From positions 1,600,001 to 1,664,000 of the forward strand of contig CBDFKD010000002.1 in the NCBI GenBank assembly GCA_965248695.1: DNA of 64,000 nucleotides. The letters run 5' to 3'. Under the pieces are notes generated by a model. It was not told where the DNA came from. It made no database searches and saw nothing but the letters and a program-made list of their open reading frames with translations. Each line of letters starts with the position of its first letter. The first letter of the stretch is position 1. Shown piece after piece: positions 1-9,723 of the stretch. The stretch is from Acidobacteriota bacterium (GTDB lineage Bacteria; Acidobacteriota; UBA890; WLXD01). The translations under genes were made by a program, and so were the position numbers.

Positions 1-2
1 CG

Positions 3-1262
3 CCGGTGAAGGCAATGGTGGGGCCGTGGGCACATTCACTGCCACACAACGGCTATCCGAAGCCGCTGATGGAGTGGCGCCACGAAGCGGTGCGCTGGTA
101 CGACCACTGGCTCAAGGGCGAGGACACCGGGATCATGGACGAGCCGGCGTTCGCGGTCTACGTGCGTGACTGGTATCCGCCCGATCTGTCGCTGGAGGAG
201 ATCCCGGGAACGTGGCGTTTCGAGGACGGTTTCCCGCTCGAGCGCACCGAGTACCGCGACCTGTTCCTGGGAGCGGACGGCTCGCTCGGCGCGCCTGCTG
301 CGCGTCGCGGCACCCACTCGCTCGAGTACGATCCGACGATGGGCATGGAGGGCGGCGGCCCGGTGATGTGGTGGGGCGACATCACGCCCGACCAGCAACC
401 GATGGACGACGCCAGCCTGGTATACGACAGCGCGCCGCTCGAGGAGGGATTCGAGATTCTGGGGTTCCCGCGAGCGTTCCTGAACGCGTCCGCCGACGCT
501 CCGCTGGCGAGCTGGGTGGTGCGGCTGTCAGATATCGCCCCCGACGGCTCGGTCACCCAGGTGGCGGGCGCCGGTTACAACGGCGCGCATCGAAACTCGT
601 CCGAGACACCGGAGGCGCTCGAGCCAGGTCAGGAATACCCGCTGGAGATCGAGCTCCACTTCACCTCCTGGGTCTTCCAGCCTGGTCACCGGATTCGCGT
701 CGCGATCACCAACGCGCAATGGCCGATGTTCTGGCCGACGCCCTACTCGATGACCACCTCGCTACGGTTGGGCGGCAGCGACGCGACGCGCGTGGTTCTC
801 CCGGTGATCCCGCACGAGGACCGTCCGACGCCCGAGTTCCTTGCCCCGGCCGCGCGCGGACCCAGGCTGCCAGGCTACGGGCGAGCAGCAACCCGGGCTG
901 AAGACGAAGCGACGACATCCGGGTACGCCGAGGTCGAGGGGCTCGTCTACGACGAGGAAACCGGCAGAGCGACGATCGTGGCGACCAACGGTGGCGGCAC
1001 TCAGTATCCCTGGGCCCAGGCCCTGAGCTCGCAGAAGATCACCCACTCGACCAACAAGCACGATCCGGCCGACACGTCGGTGCGCACCGAGTACTCGAGA
1101 ACGATCCTCGTCGACGACCGCGAGCTTCTCTTCGAGGCCGTCCTCGACTTCCACACCGACGTCGAGAACTTCTACTACGTCTACACTCGCCGGTTGTTCG
1201 AGAACGGCGAGCTGTTACGAGAAAAGACCTGGGATGAGACCATCCCGCGCGAGTTCCACTAG
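3..1262 (+). CDS. CocE/NonD family hydrolase (S15-like), C-terminal part; 5' end outside the window
   Basis: GPWAH catalytic His motif, WYDHWLKG, and a PepX_C-like C-terminal domain (YDSAPL...EILG.P...FQPGHRIRVAI); frame open to the window edge. Confidence 0.85.
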   Translation, partial: PVKAMVGPWAHSLPHNGYPKPLMEWRHEAVRWYDHWLKGEDTGIMDEPAFAVYVRDWYPPDLSLEEIPGTWRFEDGFPLERTEYRDLFLGADGSLGAPAARRGTHSLEYDPTMGMEGGGPVMWWGDITPDQQPMDDASLVYDSAPLEEGFEILGFPRAFLNASADAPLASWVVRLSDIAPDGSVTQVAGAGYNGAHRNSSETPEALEPGQEYPLEIELHFTSWVFQPGHRIRVAITNAQWPMFWPTPYSMTTSLRLGGSDATRVVLPVIPHEDRPTPEFLAPAARGPRLPGYGRAATRAEDEATTSGYAEVEGLVYDEETGRATIVATNGGGTQYPWAQALSSQKITHSTNKHDPADTSVRTEYSRTILVDDRELLFEAVLDFHTDVENFYYVYTRRLFENGELLREKTWDETIPREFH

Positions 1263-1341
1263 GCGACGCGGGAAGGAACGGCCGCAGCGCCACTGGAAAC
1301 ACGCCTAATCGGTACCGGTCAGGCCACCAGCGACCTGTCGT

Positions 1342-2943
1342 CTACTGGCGGGGCACGGCCGGGGCCGGCATCTCCTCGGCGCTGAAGCGCGGCAGTAGCT
1401 CGTCGCGCATGGCGAGCTCGTACACCGCCGAGGCGACGACCACGGCGGCCGTCTTGACGTCGTCCTCGACGACGCGCTCGTAGGTATCGAGGTTGGTGTG
1501 CCAGGTGTGGCTGCCGTACTCGATCGGGTCCTGAAACAAGCCGATGCCGGGCAGGCCGGCGGCGTTGAACGAGGTCGAATCGGTGCCGCCGCGGCGCCGG
1601 CTGTCGGTATCGACCGCCCCCATCACCCCGAGCTCGGCCAGCGGCGCCAGAATCGCGCGCAGGATGTTGCCGGCCTCCGGCGGACCGAACACCGAGGCGC
1701 CGCGCGGGCGTCCGGTGCCGGAGTCGATGTTGAAGTACCCGCCGAACCGGTCGTAGGCGGCCTCGGGCTCCTCGAAGGTGCCGAAGTGCTGCGCCACGTA
1801 CGCCTGCGAGCCGATCAGCCCCTGCTCCTCGCCACCCCACAGGGCCACGCGGATCGTGCGCCGCGGCTCCACATCGAGGGCGGCCAGAATCCGCGCCGCC
1901 TCCAGCATGATGGAGCAGCCCGTGGCGTTGTCGGTGGCCCCCGTTGCCGAGTGCCACGAATCCAGATGTCCGCCAAGCATCACGACCTCGTCGGGCATCT
2001 CGGTGCCGCGGATCTCGGCGATGGCGTTGTAGGCCGTAGCACCCTCCGGATACCAGCGGTTGACGATCTGCACCTCCAGCTGCACCTCGTCGCCGTCGGC
2101 GACCAGGCGTGAGATGCGTCCGTAGTCCTCGTTACGCATCACCAGCGTCGGCACCGCCTTGTCGGCGTCGTAGGTGCGGTTGCTGAACGCCCGGATCTGG
2201 CCGTGCTGACGGCCGGCATCGTTGATGCGCACGGCGGCGCCGTTGGCGACCAGGAACTCATCGACACGGGCGCCGACCTCCCGCTCCGACAGGGCGCCTT
2301 CGGGAAGCTCAGGCGTTTCGCGCCGGCGGAAGCGCCGCCGCTCCTGGGGCGGGAGATCGGGATTGACGAAACGCGCGATCTCCTCGTCGGCTCGCCGCTT
2401 GGGTTGCGGATCGAAATCCACTCCGAGCAGCGCCGCGGCCCCTACCAGCACGATGCGGCCGCGCACCTGCTGGGCGTACTTCGCCAGATGCTCATCGAGC
2501 TGCTCGGCCGTCGGGTTGTCCTCGGCGGTCGGCACAATCTGCACCACGCTGGTGCGCACCGTGCCCTTGGTGCTCGGCGTCCACGCCAGCACCTCGGCAA
2601 CAAGTGTGTCCTGTGTCGGTGACACCAAGTACGCTGAGTGCCGTTCCGTCGCCCATCCGGGACGGCCGAAATCGAACGGCTCCAGGTGACCGTTGGTCAT
2701 GCCCCAGGTCACCATCTGTCGCACGGCCCACTCACCGGCCAGACGCAGATTCGGTGACCCCGTCAGGCGCGGACCGTAGCGGTCGGTGAGGAAGTGCAGC
2801 GTGCGCATGATCTGCGAACGGTCCATTCCCTCGGCCATGATGCGCGCCCGTATGGCGTCGTCCGTGGCGAAGGAAACCGAGCCGGCAGGCGACAGTACGA
2901 GCACGATCAGGAGAACGGAGACGGCGGCAGTCGGTTTGCGCAT
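1342..2943 (-). CDS. M28 family metallopeptidase (carboxypeptidase Q-like), exported
   Basis: Signal peptide; [32 protein letters not shown] and WHTNLDT metal-binding motifs. Confidence 0.9.
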   Translation of the reverse strand: MRKPTAAVSVLLIVLVLSPAGSVSFATDDAIRARIMAEGMDRSQIMRTLHFLTDRYGPRLTGSPNLRLAGEWAVRQMVTWGMTNGHLEPFDFGRPGWATERHSAYLVSPTQDTLVAEVLAWTPSTKGTVRTSVVQIVPTAEDNPTAEQLDEHLAKYAQQVRGRIVLVGAAALLGVDFDPQPKRRADEEIARFVNPDLPPQERRRFRRRETPELPEGALSEREVGARVDEFLVANGAAVRINDAGRQHGQIRAFSNRTYDADKAVPTLVMRNEDYGRISRLVADGDEVQLEVQIVNRWYPEGATAYNAIAEIRGTEMPDEVVMLGGHLDSWHSATGATDNATGCSIMLEAARILAALDVEPRRTIRVALWGGEEQGLIGSQAYVAQHFGTFEEPEAAYDRFGGYFNIDSGTGRPRGASVFGPPEAGNILRAILAPLAELGVMGAVDTDSRRRGGTDSTSFNAAGLPGIGLFQDPIEYGSHTWHTNLDTYERVVEDDVKTAAVVVASAVYELAMRDELLPRFSAEEMPAPAVPRQ

Positions 2944-3077
2944 GGGACTCACGATTGGGGAAGATCAGACGGGCTCATTCGCGTGGCGCGGACCGCCAAC
3001 GACGGCACCGCGCAAATGACTGTATCCGTAGCGCTCGGCGCCCGACAGCGCCAGCCTCCGGTGCCTCGCTGGATGCC

Positions 3078-4871
3078 CTACTCGACCACCCACCCGGGGC
3101 CGCGGATCACCCGGCCGGGCAAGGCGCCGGTGTGCTCGCCGTGCTCGAGCACCAGCTCGCCGTTCACCAGCAGGTGCACGACGCCCTCGGCAAGCTGATG
3201 CGGCTGTTCAAACGTCGCCAAGTCGCGGATGGTCTGCGGATCGAATACCACGACGTCCGCCTTGTTTCCCACCACCAGGGTGCCGCGATCTGCCAGTCCG
3301 AGTTGCGCCGCAGGCAGGCCGGTCATCTTGTGGATCGCCTCGGCCAACGACAGCAGCCCACTCTCGCGCACGTAGCGCGACAGCACCCGCGGAAAGGTGC
3401 CGTACGAGCGCGGGTGCGGATGCGACTGCGCCAGCTCGCCGACCGGCGCCAGCGCCGATCCGTCGCTGCCGATGCTGGTCCAGGGAAGGGTCAGGGCGTG
3501 CTCCAGGTCCGCCTCACGAATGCCGAAGTAGATGGCTCCGGCGCGGGCGCCCGATCGTTCCGCCAGTTCGAGGATGGCGTCCACGGGCGCGATGTCCATC
3601 GCCGCGGCAATCTCGGCGATCGTCATTCCCTGAAACACCCGATGGTCTTCGTACGGTGTACGCGACAGCAGCACCGTCTCGGGCGTGCCCGCCGGAATCC
3701 CCTTGGCCATATGCGCCTCCACCTCACGGCGGATGCGGGCTCGGAGCGCAGGATCACGAAGCCGCTCGGTGAGCGCCGCCGAGCCGCCCTCACGGGCCCA
3801 GTCCGGGATCCTCAGGTTTAGGGTCGAAGAGCTGGCTACGTAAGGATAGACATCGGCGTAGACGTTCAGCCCCTCGTCGCGCGCCGCTTCGACTACTTCA
3901 ACCGCCGATAGAAAAGGGGACCGCTCATGGTGCATCTTGCTGCGCGTGCCGGAGTACTTGAAATGCAGGATGTGAACCGCCAGCCCGGCTTCACGTCCGA
4001 TCCGCACCGCCTCCTGCACGCCAGCCACCAGGTCGTCCGCCTCGTCGCGCAGGTGGCTGGTGTAGAAACCGCCGTGGGCGGCAGCGACCCTGGCGAGCTC
4101 GATGAGCTCTTCGGTCGAGGCGTACCGATTCGGGATGTATATGAGCCCACTCGACAGCCCCATGGCGCCGTCGCGCATCGCCTGCTCGACGTGCTGCTTC
4201 ATCTCCTCCAGTTGCTCTGCCGTCGCCGGTACGTCGTCGAACCCGACAACCCCGGCGCGCAGCGCGCCGGAGCCCACGGTCGAGAGCACGTTGACGCTGA
4301 TACCCCTGTCCTCCAGCACGGCGAAGTATTCGGCGAACGTGGTCCACGGTTCTGACTCGGACTCGTCGTCGGGTACAGCTTCGCCCGAGGCGCTCAGCGG
4401 GGCGGTGGTGATGCGGCGGAACACCGGCGCCGCCGACCCCGACTCACCCAGCAGCTCCGTCGTGACTCCCTGCTTCACCTTCGACAGGGCGCGCCCGTCC
4501 ACCACCAGCGTGCGATCGGAATGTGAGTGCATGTCGATGAAGCCGGGCGCCACGGCAAGGCCCGTCGCGTCGATTTCCGTGTCGGCAGCAGCGCCGGAAA
4601 GGTCGCCGACCGCTTGCACCGTGTCGTCGCGGATCCCGACGTCCGCCCGCCGCGACGCGGCACCCGTGCCATCGAAAACGTCCCCACCACGAATCACAAC
4701 GTCGAAGCGTTCGGCCGGCTCAGCGCAGGCATGGAGAACGAGTAGCGCGGAGAGCGCCATCACAGCACGCCCGAGCCGAGGTGCCAGCTGATCGCGTGTG
4801 TCCCGGAGTGCTGGTCGATGGCGCTTGACGCAACGTGCGGGTCGATCGCGTGCCTCGATGTGTCGATTCAT
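3078..4871 (-). CDS. N-acyl-D-amino-acid deacylase (D-aminoacylase), probable lipoprotein; start may be 4760
   Basis: [41 protein letters not shown]; lipobox-like LLVLHAC. Confidence 0.9.
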   Translation of the reverse strand: MNRHIEARDRPARCVKRHRPALRDTRDQLAPRLGRAVMALSALLVLHACAEPAERFDVVIRGGDVFDGTGAASRRADVGIRDDTVQAVGDLSGAAADTEIDATGLAVAPGFIDMHSHSDRTLVVDGRALSKVKQGVTTELLGESGSAAPVFRRITTAPLSASGEAVPDDESESEPWTTFAEYFAVLEDRGISVNVLSTVGSGALRAGVVGFDDVPATAEQLEEMKQHVEQAMRDGAMGLSSGLIYIPNRYASTEELIELARVAAAHGGFYTSHLRDEADDLVAGVQEAVRIGREAGLAVHILHFKYSGTRSKMHHERSPFLSAVEVVEAARDEGLNVYADVYPYVASSSTLNLRIPDWAREGGSAALTERLRDPALRARIRREVEAHMAKGIPAGTPETVLLSRTPYEDHRVFQGMTIAEIAAAMDIAPVDAILELAERSGARAGAIYFGIREADLEHALTLPWTSIGSDGSALAPVGELAQSHPHPRSYGTFPRVLSRYVRESGLLSLAEAIHKMTGLPAAQLGLADRGTLVVGNKADVVVFDPQTIRDLATFEQPHQLAEGVVHLLVNGELVLEHGEHTGALPGRVIRGPGWVVE

Positions 4872-4974
4872 GGTTCCGTCGTCCCGGCTGATCTTGGTCG
4901 GTGGCAAAGGAGCATCGGCGGGGTCGATTCTCTCCCAATCCCCCCGTACGCTAAACCGAACAGGGGGAGGAAAG

Positions 4975-6624
4975 TTGCGAGCGCGCCAAGATCTTAGCCG
5001 GATCACGATCGCCACACTGTCGTGCGGCGCCATAGCAGCATTAGCGGGATGCACGCCGAGTGGCCAGCCGGACGATGGTGGCTCCGGACCCGAGCCGGCA
5101 GTGGAGGCGACGATCGCCGGCATCCACGCGGCGATGCAAGCGGGCGAGCTGACTTCCAGACAGCTGGTCGAAGCGTATCTGGCGCGAATCGACGCCTACG
5201 ACAAGCGCGGGCCGGCGCTCAACGCCATCGTGCGGGTGAATCCGCGGGCGCTGGAACGGGCCGACGAGCTCGACGCCATGCTCGCCTCCGGACAGCTCGC
5301 CGGACCGCTTCACGGCATCCCGATGATCGTCAAGGACAACTACGACACCGCCGACATGCCAACCAGCGCGGGCTCGGCGGCACTCGCCGAGTCCATACCA
5401 CCCGACGACTCCTTCCAGGTGCGGCGGATTCGCGAGGCCGGCGCCATCGTGCTCGCCAAGTCACACATGGCGGAGTGGGCGTTCTCGCCGTACCAGACCG
5501 TGGGCAGCGTGATCCCCGGGTACACGCGCAACCCGTACGCGCTCAACCGGGTCCCGGCGGGCAGCAGCGGCGGCACCGGGGCGGCGGTAGCGGCGAGCTT
5601 CGGCGTTATCGGGCTCGGCACCGATACTGGCAACTCGATTCGCGGACCGTCGTCGCACAATTTGCTTGCTGGCATCCGATCGACCATGGGCCTGACGAGC
5701 CGCGACGGAATCGTGCCGCTGGATCTGGATCACGACATCGGAGGGCCGATGGGCCGCGGCGTGGCCGACGCAGTCGCGGTGTTCGACGTCATCGCCGGGC
5801 ACGATGCGGCCGACGAGGTCACCGCCCGGAGCCTGGAGAACCGTGCGGACGGAACGCCCCGGCGCGCCGCGAGCTACCTCCAGTACCTGAGCGACGGAGC
5901 GCTCGAGGGTGCCCGCATCGGCGTCGTCAGGCAGTTGTCGGGCACCGAGACCACGGACACCGAGATCCGGCAAGTGTTCGAGCGCGCGCTGGACGACATG
6001 CGCGACGCCGGCGCCGAGATCATCGACGTGCAGATCGTCGAGCTCGACACGATCCCGCGCGACGGGCGCTGGTGCGACCGCTTCCGCTACGACCTCGAGG
6101 CCTACCTGGCATCGCTCGGTGAGGGCGCGCCGTACACGACGCTGGCCGAGATCATCGAATCGAGGCAGTTCCACGGGTCGGTAAGAAGTGGGCTGGAAGA
6201 ATCGCTCGGCGCCCAGGGCGACCCTGCCGATGACCCCGCGTGCCACACCGCATGGGCCAACGGCGAGCGCCTCGCCGACGGCGTCCGTAGGGTGATGGAC
6301 GCCGACTCGCTGGACGCCCTCGTTTACCCTACCTGGAGCAATCCGCCACGCCTCATCGGAGACCTGCAGACGCCGGCGGGCGACAACAGCCAGGACCTCT
6401 CACCACACACCGGGTTTCCGGCCATTACCGTTCCCATGGGCTTCACCCGTCGCCAGCCCGATACCGCCGCGGCGCGTCCCTACGGAGGCCCCGGCCTCCC
6501 GGCAGGCATCACCTTCCTGTCGACGGCGTGGAACGAGCCCCGGCTCATCGAGCTCGCCTTCTCGTACGAGCGGGCGACCCGGCATCGACAGCCCCCGTGG
6601 ACTACGCCGCCGCTGGAGCAGTAA
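4975..6624 (+). CDS. Amidase signature family protein, lipoprotein
   Basis: [33 protein letters not shown]; GGAGG RBS before TTG at 4975; lipobox ALAGC. Confidence 0.9.
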   Translation: MRARQDLSRITIATLSCGAIAALAGCTPSGQPDDGGSGPEPAVEATIAGIHAAMQAGELTSRQLVEAYLARIDAYDKRGPALNAIVRVNPRALERADELDAMLASGQLAGPLHGIPMIVKDNYDTADMPTSAGSAALAESIPPDDSFQVRRIREAGAIVLAKSHMAEWAFSPYQTVGSVIPGYTRNPYALNRVPAGSSGGTGAAVAASFGVIGLGTDTGNSIRGPSSHNLLAGIRSTMGLTSRDGIVPLDLDHDIGGPMGRGVADAVAVFDVIAGHDAADEVTARSLENRADGTPRRAASYLQYLSDGALEGARIGVVRQLSGTETTDTEIRQVFERALDDMRDAGAEIIDVQIVELDTIPRDGRWCDRFRYDLEAYLASLGEGAPYTTLAEIIESRQFHGSVRSGLEESLGAQGDPADDPACHTAWANGERLADGVRRVMDADSLDALVYPTWSNPPRLIGDLQTPAGDNSQDLSPHTGFPAITVPMGFTRRQPDTAAARPYGGPGLPAGITFLSTAWNEPRLIELAFSYERATRHRQPPWTTPPLEQ

Positions 6625-7665
6625 TCAGAACCAGCCCCGGGCGCGGAAGAAGAGCAACAGGACCGCGCCGGTCAAGCCCATGACGCCGAGCGCCATGAAG
6701 TAGCCCAGCGGCCAGGCGAGCTCGGGCATGTTCTGGAAGTTCATGCCGTAGATGCCGGCGATCAGCGTCATCGGCATCATGATCGAGGCGAACAGCGTCA
6801 GGACCTTCATGGTCTTGTTGAGCTTCTGACACTGCAGCGAGCGATACGAGTCGAGGGAGCTGTTGATCATCTCCCGCAGCCCTTCGATGGACGTCATCAG
6901 CACCTGCGCGTGGTGGTACACCTGTACCAGCGATCCGCGGCCGGCCTCGGTAATCACCGGGATCTTGCGACCGGACACGTGCATCAGCAGATCACGGGCG
7001 GCGCTGACGACGCGCTTGTAGCGCAGAGTGCGGCGCTTGAGCCGCAGAATGTCCTCGTTGATGTGCTCGGTCGACTCCTCGAAGATGCGATTGTCGATCG
7101 CTTCCGACTCGTTCTCTAGCGGCGGCAGCATACCGACGTAGTCCTGCACGACCTGATCGAGAACCAGGAACAGCAGGAATCCGATCGACTGCGCGAAACG
7201 CACGTTGCGCTCGTACACGCGATCGACCTTGGCCAGACACGGCACCCACTCAGGCGAGTAGCTGACGAAGAACCGGTCGCTCAGGAAGAGACTCACCTTG
7301 ACGGTAGGTTGCGAGGCCGGCGCCTCTTCACCCTGCTCCAGATCCGGCCTGCGGGCCCCCCAACCCAGCGTCGAGTCCGGGTCGACCGTGTCGTGCTTGC
7401 CGGCCGGACTCCAGTACTCGAGCATCAGCGCGATCGAGTCGGGGTCCTCGGTGATCTGGCGCGACGAGTCAGGATCCTGCCAACGTCGCAGTACCCGATC
7501 GGGTATCCGGCAGGGCTCCGCCACCGTTGAGAGCTCTTCGAGCGACGAACCGTTCAAGTCGGCCCAGTACGCCATGTCCGCGTGTGGGCCGTCGCGCAGG
7601 AACACCTCCAGCGACAGCTCGCGCGTTTCCCGGTTCTGTAGGTCGAACTCGACGATCTTGCTCAT
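6625..7665 (-). CDS. corA: Magnesium/cobalt transporter CorA family
   Basis: C-terminal two TM helices with the YGMNF signature and MPELAW loop. Confidence 0.9.
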   Translation of the reverse strand: MSKIVEFDLQNRETRELSLEVFLRDGPHADMAYWADLNGSSLEELSTVAEPCRIPDRVLRRWQDPDSSRQITEDPDSIALMLEYWSPAGKHDTVDPDSTLGWGARRPDLEQGEEAPASQPTVKVSLFLSDRFFVSYSPEWVPCLAKVDRVYERNVRFAQSIGFLLFLVLDQVVQDYVGMLPPLENESEAIDNRIFEESTEHINEDILRLKRRTLRYKRVVSAARDLLMHVSGRKIPVITEAGRGSLVQVYHHAQVLMTSIEGLREMINSSLDSYRSLQCQKLNKTMKVLTLFASIMMPMTLIAGIYGMNFQNMPELAWPLGYFMALGVMGLTGAVLLLFFRARGWF

Positions 7666-8387
7666 GGCGTGCGAGATGCTAACTCGATCTCGATGCGTTT
7701 GTTGATGCGCCCCTTGTTCTTGTGGCTGGCGATGCGGATGCGACCGACTTCCTTTGTATTGGCGACGTGGGTGCCGCCGTCGGCCTGCAAGTCGAGTCCC
7801 ACGATCTCGACCGTGCGGATTTCAGTCAGGCTCGCCGGCAGCAGGTTGATCTTGGTGCGAATCAGATCGGGAATCTCGAAGGCTTCGGCGCGCGGAAGAA
7901 TCGCCACCCTTACGTCGCGACCAGCGTCGACCTCGACGTTGATCTTCAACTCGATCTCTGCAACCAACTCGGCGGTCAGAGCCTCGAACTCAAAATCGAG
8001 ACGACCGCGCAGCGGGTGCATGCTGCCGCCGGTCACCTGCGCACCGTAGTCGCGCCATACGACACCGCAAAGAATGTGCAGCGCGGTATGAGTACGCATG
8101 AGGGCGTGTCGCCGTTGCCAATCGAGCACACCGTGCACGACCGCTGCTACCGGCGGCACCGCACCGTCCAGGGTGTGCACGATGTTGGCGCCGCCCCGAC
8201 CGACCTTCACGACCTCGAGGGTCTGGTCGCCGAACTGAAGCACGCCCACGTCGCAGGGCTGCCCGCCGCCTCCGGCATAGAAGGCGGTTCGATCCAGCAC
8301 GACGGCTCGACGGTCCGCATCGACGTCCTGAACAACGGCATCGAACCGGCGGATGTAGGCGTCGAGCTGGTAGAGCTGCTCGGTCAT
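7662..8387 (-). CDS. alaX: Alanyl-tRNA editing protein (AlaX family)
   Basis: TAFYAGGGGQP.D, MRTHTALHIL and DGGTHV editing motifs; 4-bp overlap with corA; ATG at 8387 or 8393. Confidence 0.88.
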   Translation of the reverse strand: MTEQLYQLDAYIRRFDAVVQDVDADRRAVVLDRTAFYAGGGGQPCDVGVLQFGDQTLEVVKVGRGGANIVHTLDGAVPPVAAVVHGVLDWQRRHALMRTHTALHILCGVVWRDYGAQVTGGSMHPLRGRLDFEFEALTAELVAEIELKINVEVDAGRDVRVAILPRAEAFEIPDLIRTKINLLPASLTEIRTVEIVGLDLQADGGTHVANTKEVGRIRIASHKNKGRINKRIEIELASRTP

Positions 8388-8518
8388 CGGCATCTGCTCG
8401 GCAGCCGTCGACGAAGAAGAGCTTCGCCGGAGGCGCCGCACCCGTGTGCGGCTGTCCAACAGAGACAGGGTACCCGTTTGGCGCCGACGCCAGCCGCGGC
8501 TCAGCTCTCCCTCACGAA

Positions 8519-8902
8519 TCAGCCGTCGGCCGATTCTGATCCGCGCGTCCGTCGACGGTCGGCCCAGCGGAGCCGCGCCAGCGTCCCCGCCAGTCCGATG
8601 ATGATCAGCGCTCCGGTGGGCGAGCCGATGCCCGTAGAAGCGTGCGTGTAGGCTGCGCCGACCATAACCACTGCAATCACGATAGCGCCGTACGCCGCCA
8701 GACGCGGCACGAGGACGAGCACGCCGCCGAGCGTCTCGAGGCTACCGATGACGATCACGAACCAGCTGGCGTAGCCCCAACTCGCGAAGCGTCGAGCGTT
8801 ATTGGCGAAGTCGAGGAACTTGCCGCTGCCGGCAAGAATGAACAAGGCTCCGAGCAACAGCGCGAGAGCCCAGGAAAGGAGCTTCGGCCAGCGTTTGCGC
8901 AT
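8519..8902 (-). CDS. DoxX family membrane protein
   Basis: Four TM segments; F..AG..K, F..WGY, E..GG.L.L.P, M.GA..TH motifs. Confidence 0.85.
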   Translation of the reverse strand: MRKRWPKLLSWALALLLGALFILAGSGKFLDFANNARRFASWGYASWFVIVIGSLETLGGVLVLVPRLAAYGAIVIAVVMVGAAYTHASTGIGSPTGALIIIGLAGTLARLRWADRRRTRGSESADG

Positions 8903-8933
8903 CGTGGTAGTACCTGCGGGGATGAAGATTCGT

Positions 8934-8963
8934 TGATATAATTACTAGTGATGTAATATATCA
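8934..8963. promoter_or_regulatory. AT-rich imperfect inverted repeat, probable operator between divergent doxX and padR
   Basis: TGATATAATTAC-tagtgat-GTAAT.ATATCA (one-base gap in the right arm) in an AT-rich divergent intergenic region. Confidence 0.55.
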
Positions 8964-8977
8964 TTATCTTACTGGAT

Positions 8978-9316
8978 GTGACCCGTCGAATGGCCCTACC
9001 TCGCCTGTCCAACCTGCAGTTCGTGGTGCTCGGCGCGCTCCGCGCGGGGCCGCTTACCGGACGCGACATCCGAACGCGATTGGCAGAATTCGGCGCCCGC
9101 AAAACGGGTCCGGGGTTTTACCAGCTGATGTCACGGCTCGAGGAGGGCGGCCACGTTCGGGGCTGGTATACACAGGAGATCGTCGGCGGGCAGATCATTC
9201 GCGAGCGCAATTACGAGTTGCTCGCCAGCGGCGAGGCAACCTGGACCGGGAACCGAGAGTTTCACCTCAAGGTAATCGAGCGCTTCGGGGACACCGGCGA
9301 GATCGCTCGTGCCTGA
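8978..9316 (+). CDS. PadR family transcriptional regulator (short winged helix); start may be ATG 8990
   Basis: LQFVVL..L, G.DI, FYQLMSRLEE.G.V and Y.L...G wHTH pattern. Confidence 0.8.
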   Translation: MTRRMALPRLSNLQFVVLGALRAGPLTGRDIRTRLAEFGARKTGPGFYQLMSRLEEGGHVRGWYTQEIVGGQIIRERNYELLASGEATWTGNREFHLKVIERFGDTGEIARA

Positions 9317-9620
9317 TCCGAAGATGCCGCTCTGGCAACGGATCGGCACCCTGTTGCCGGAAACGCTGCGCGAACGGGTGTTCGAGCCGGCATGCTATGA
9401 GCGTCTGCGCCGGGGTCTGGAGCGCGGTGATGATCGCGTTCCGATCAGCATGTACGCGCTCGCGGCGCTGGTGGGCGTCATCGGGCTCAACTTCCCACGC
9501 GTACTGTTCGACGGACGGCGTCTCAGCCGCATGGGCAAGCTGCTGGCGGGGTCCTTCGTGACCAGCGCCGCGGTCGCGTGGGTGATCGTGTTGATCCGGT
9601 ACAGTTACGCGGCGGGCTGA
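9309..9620 (+). CDS. Small hypothetical membrane protein, coupled to padR
   Basis: Overlaps the padR stop; LLP..LRERVFEP N-terminus and two hydrophobic segments. Confidence 0.65.
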   Translation: MPDPKMPLWQRIGTLLPETLRERVFEPACYERLRRGLERGDDRVPISMYALAALVGVIGLNFPRVLFDGRRLSRMGKLLAGSFVTSAAVAWVIVLIRYSYAAG

Positions 9621-9699
9621 CCGCCCGAGCTCGACCACCCGGAGGCTGACCGCTCGAAGCCTGCAGCCCGAGCCTGGACTGCCCGAGCCTGACCGCCCC
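9616..9699 (+). repeat. Degenerate 12-15 bp tandem repeat, about 6 copies (consensus ~CTGACCGCCCGAG)
   Basis: gctgaccgcccgag/ctcgaccacccggag/gctgaccgctcgaag/cctgcagcccgag/cctggactgcccgag/cctgaccgcccc. Confidence 0.6.
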
Positions 9700-9723
9700 A
9701 CTTCAGCAGCACGAGTCGCTCCT

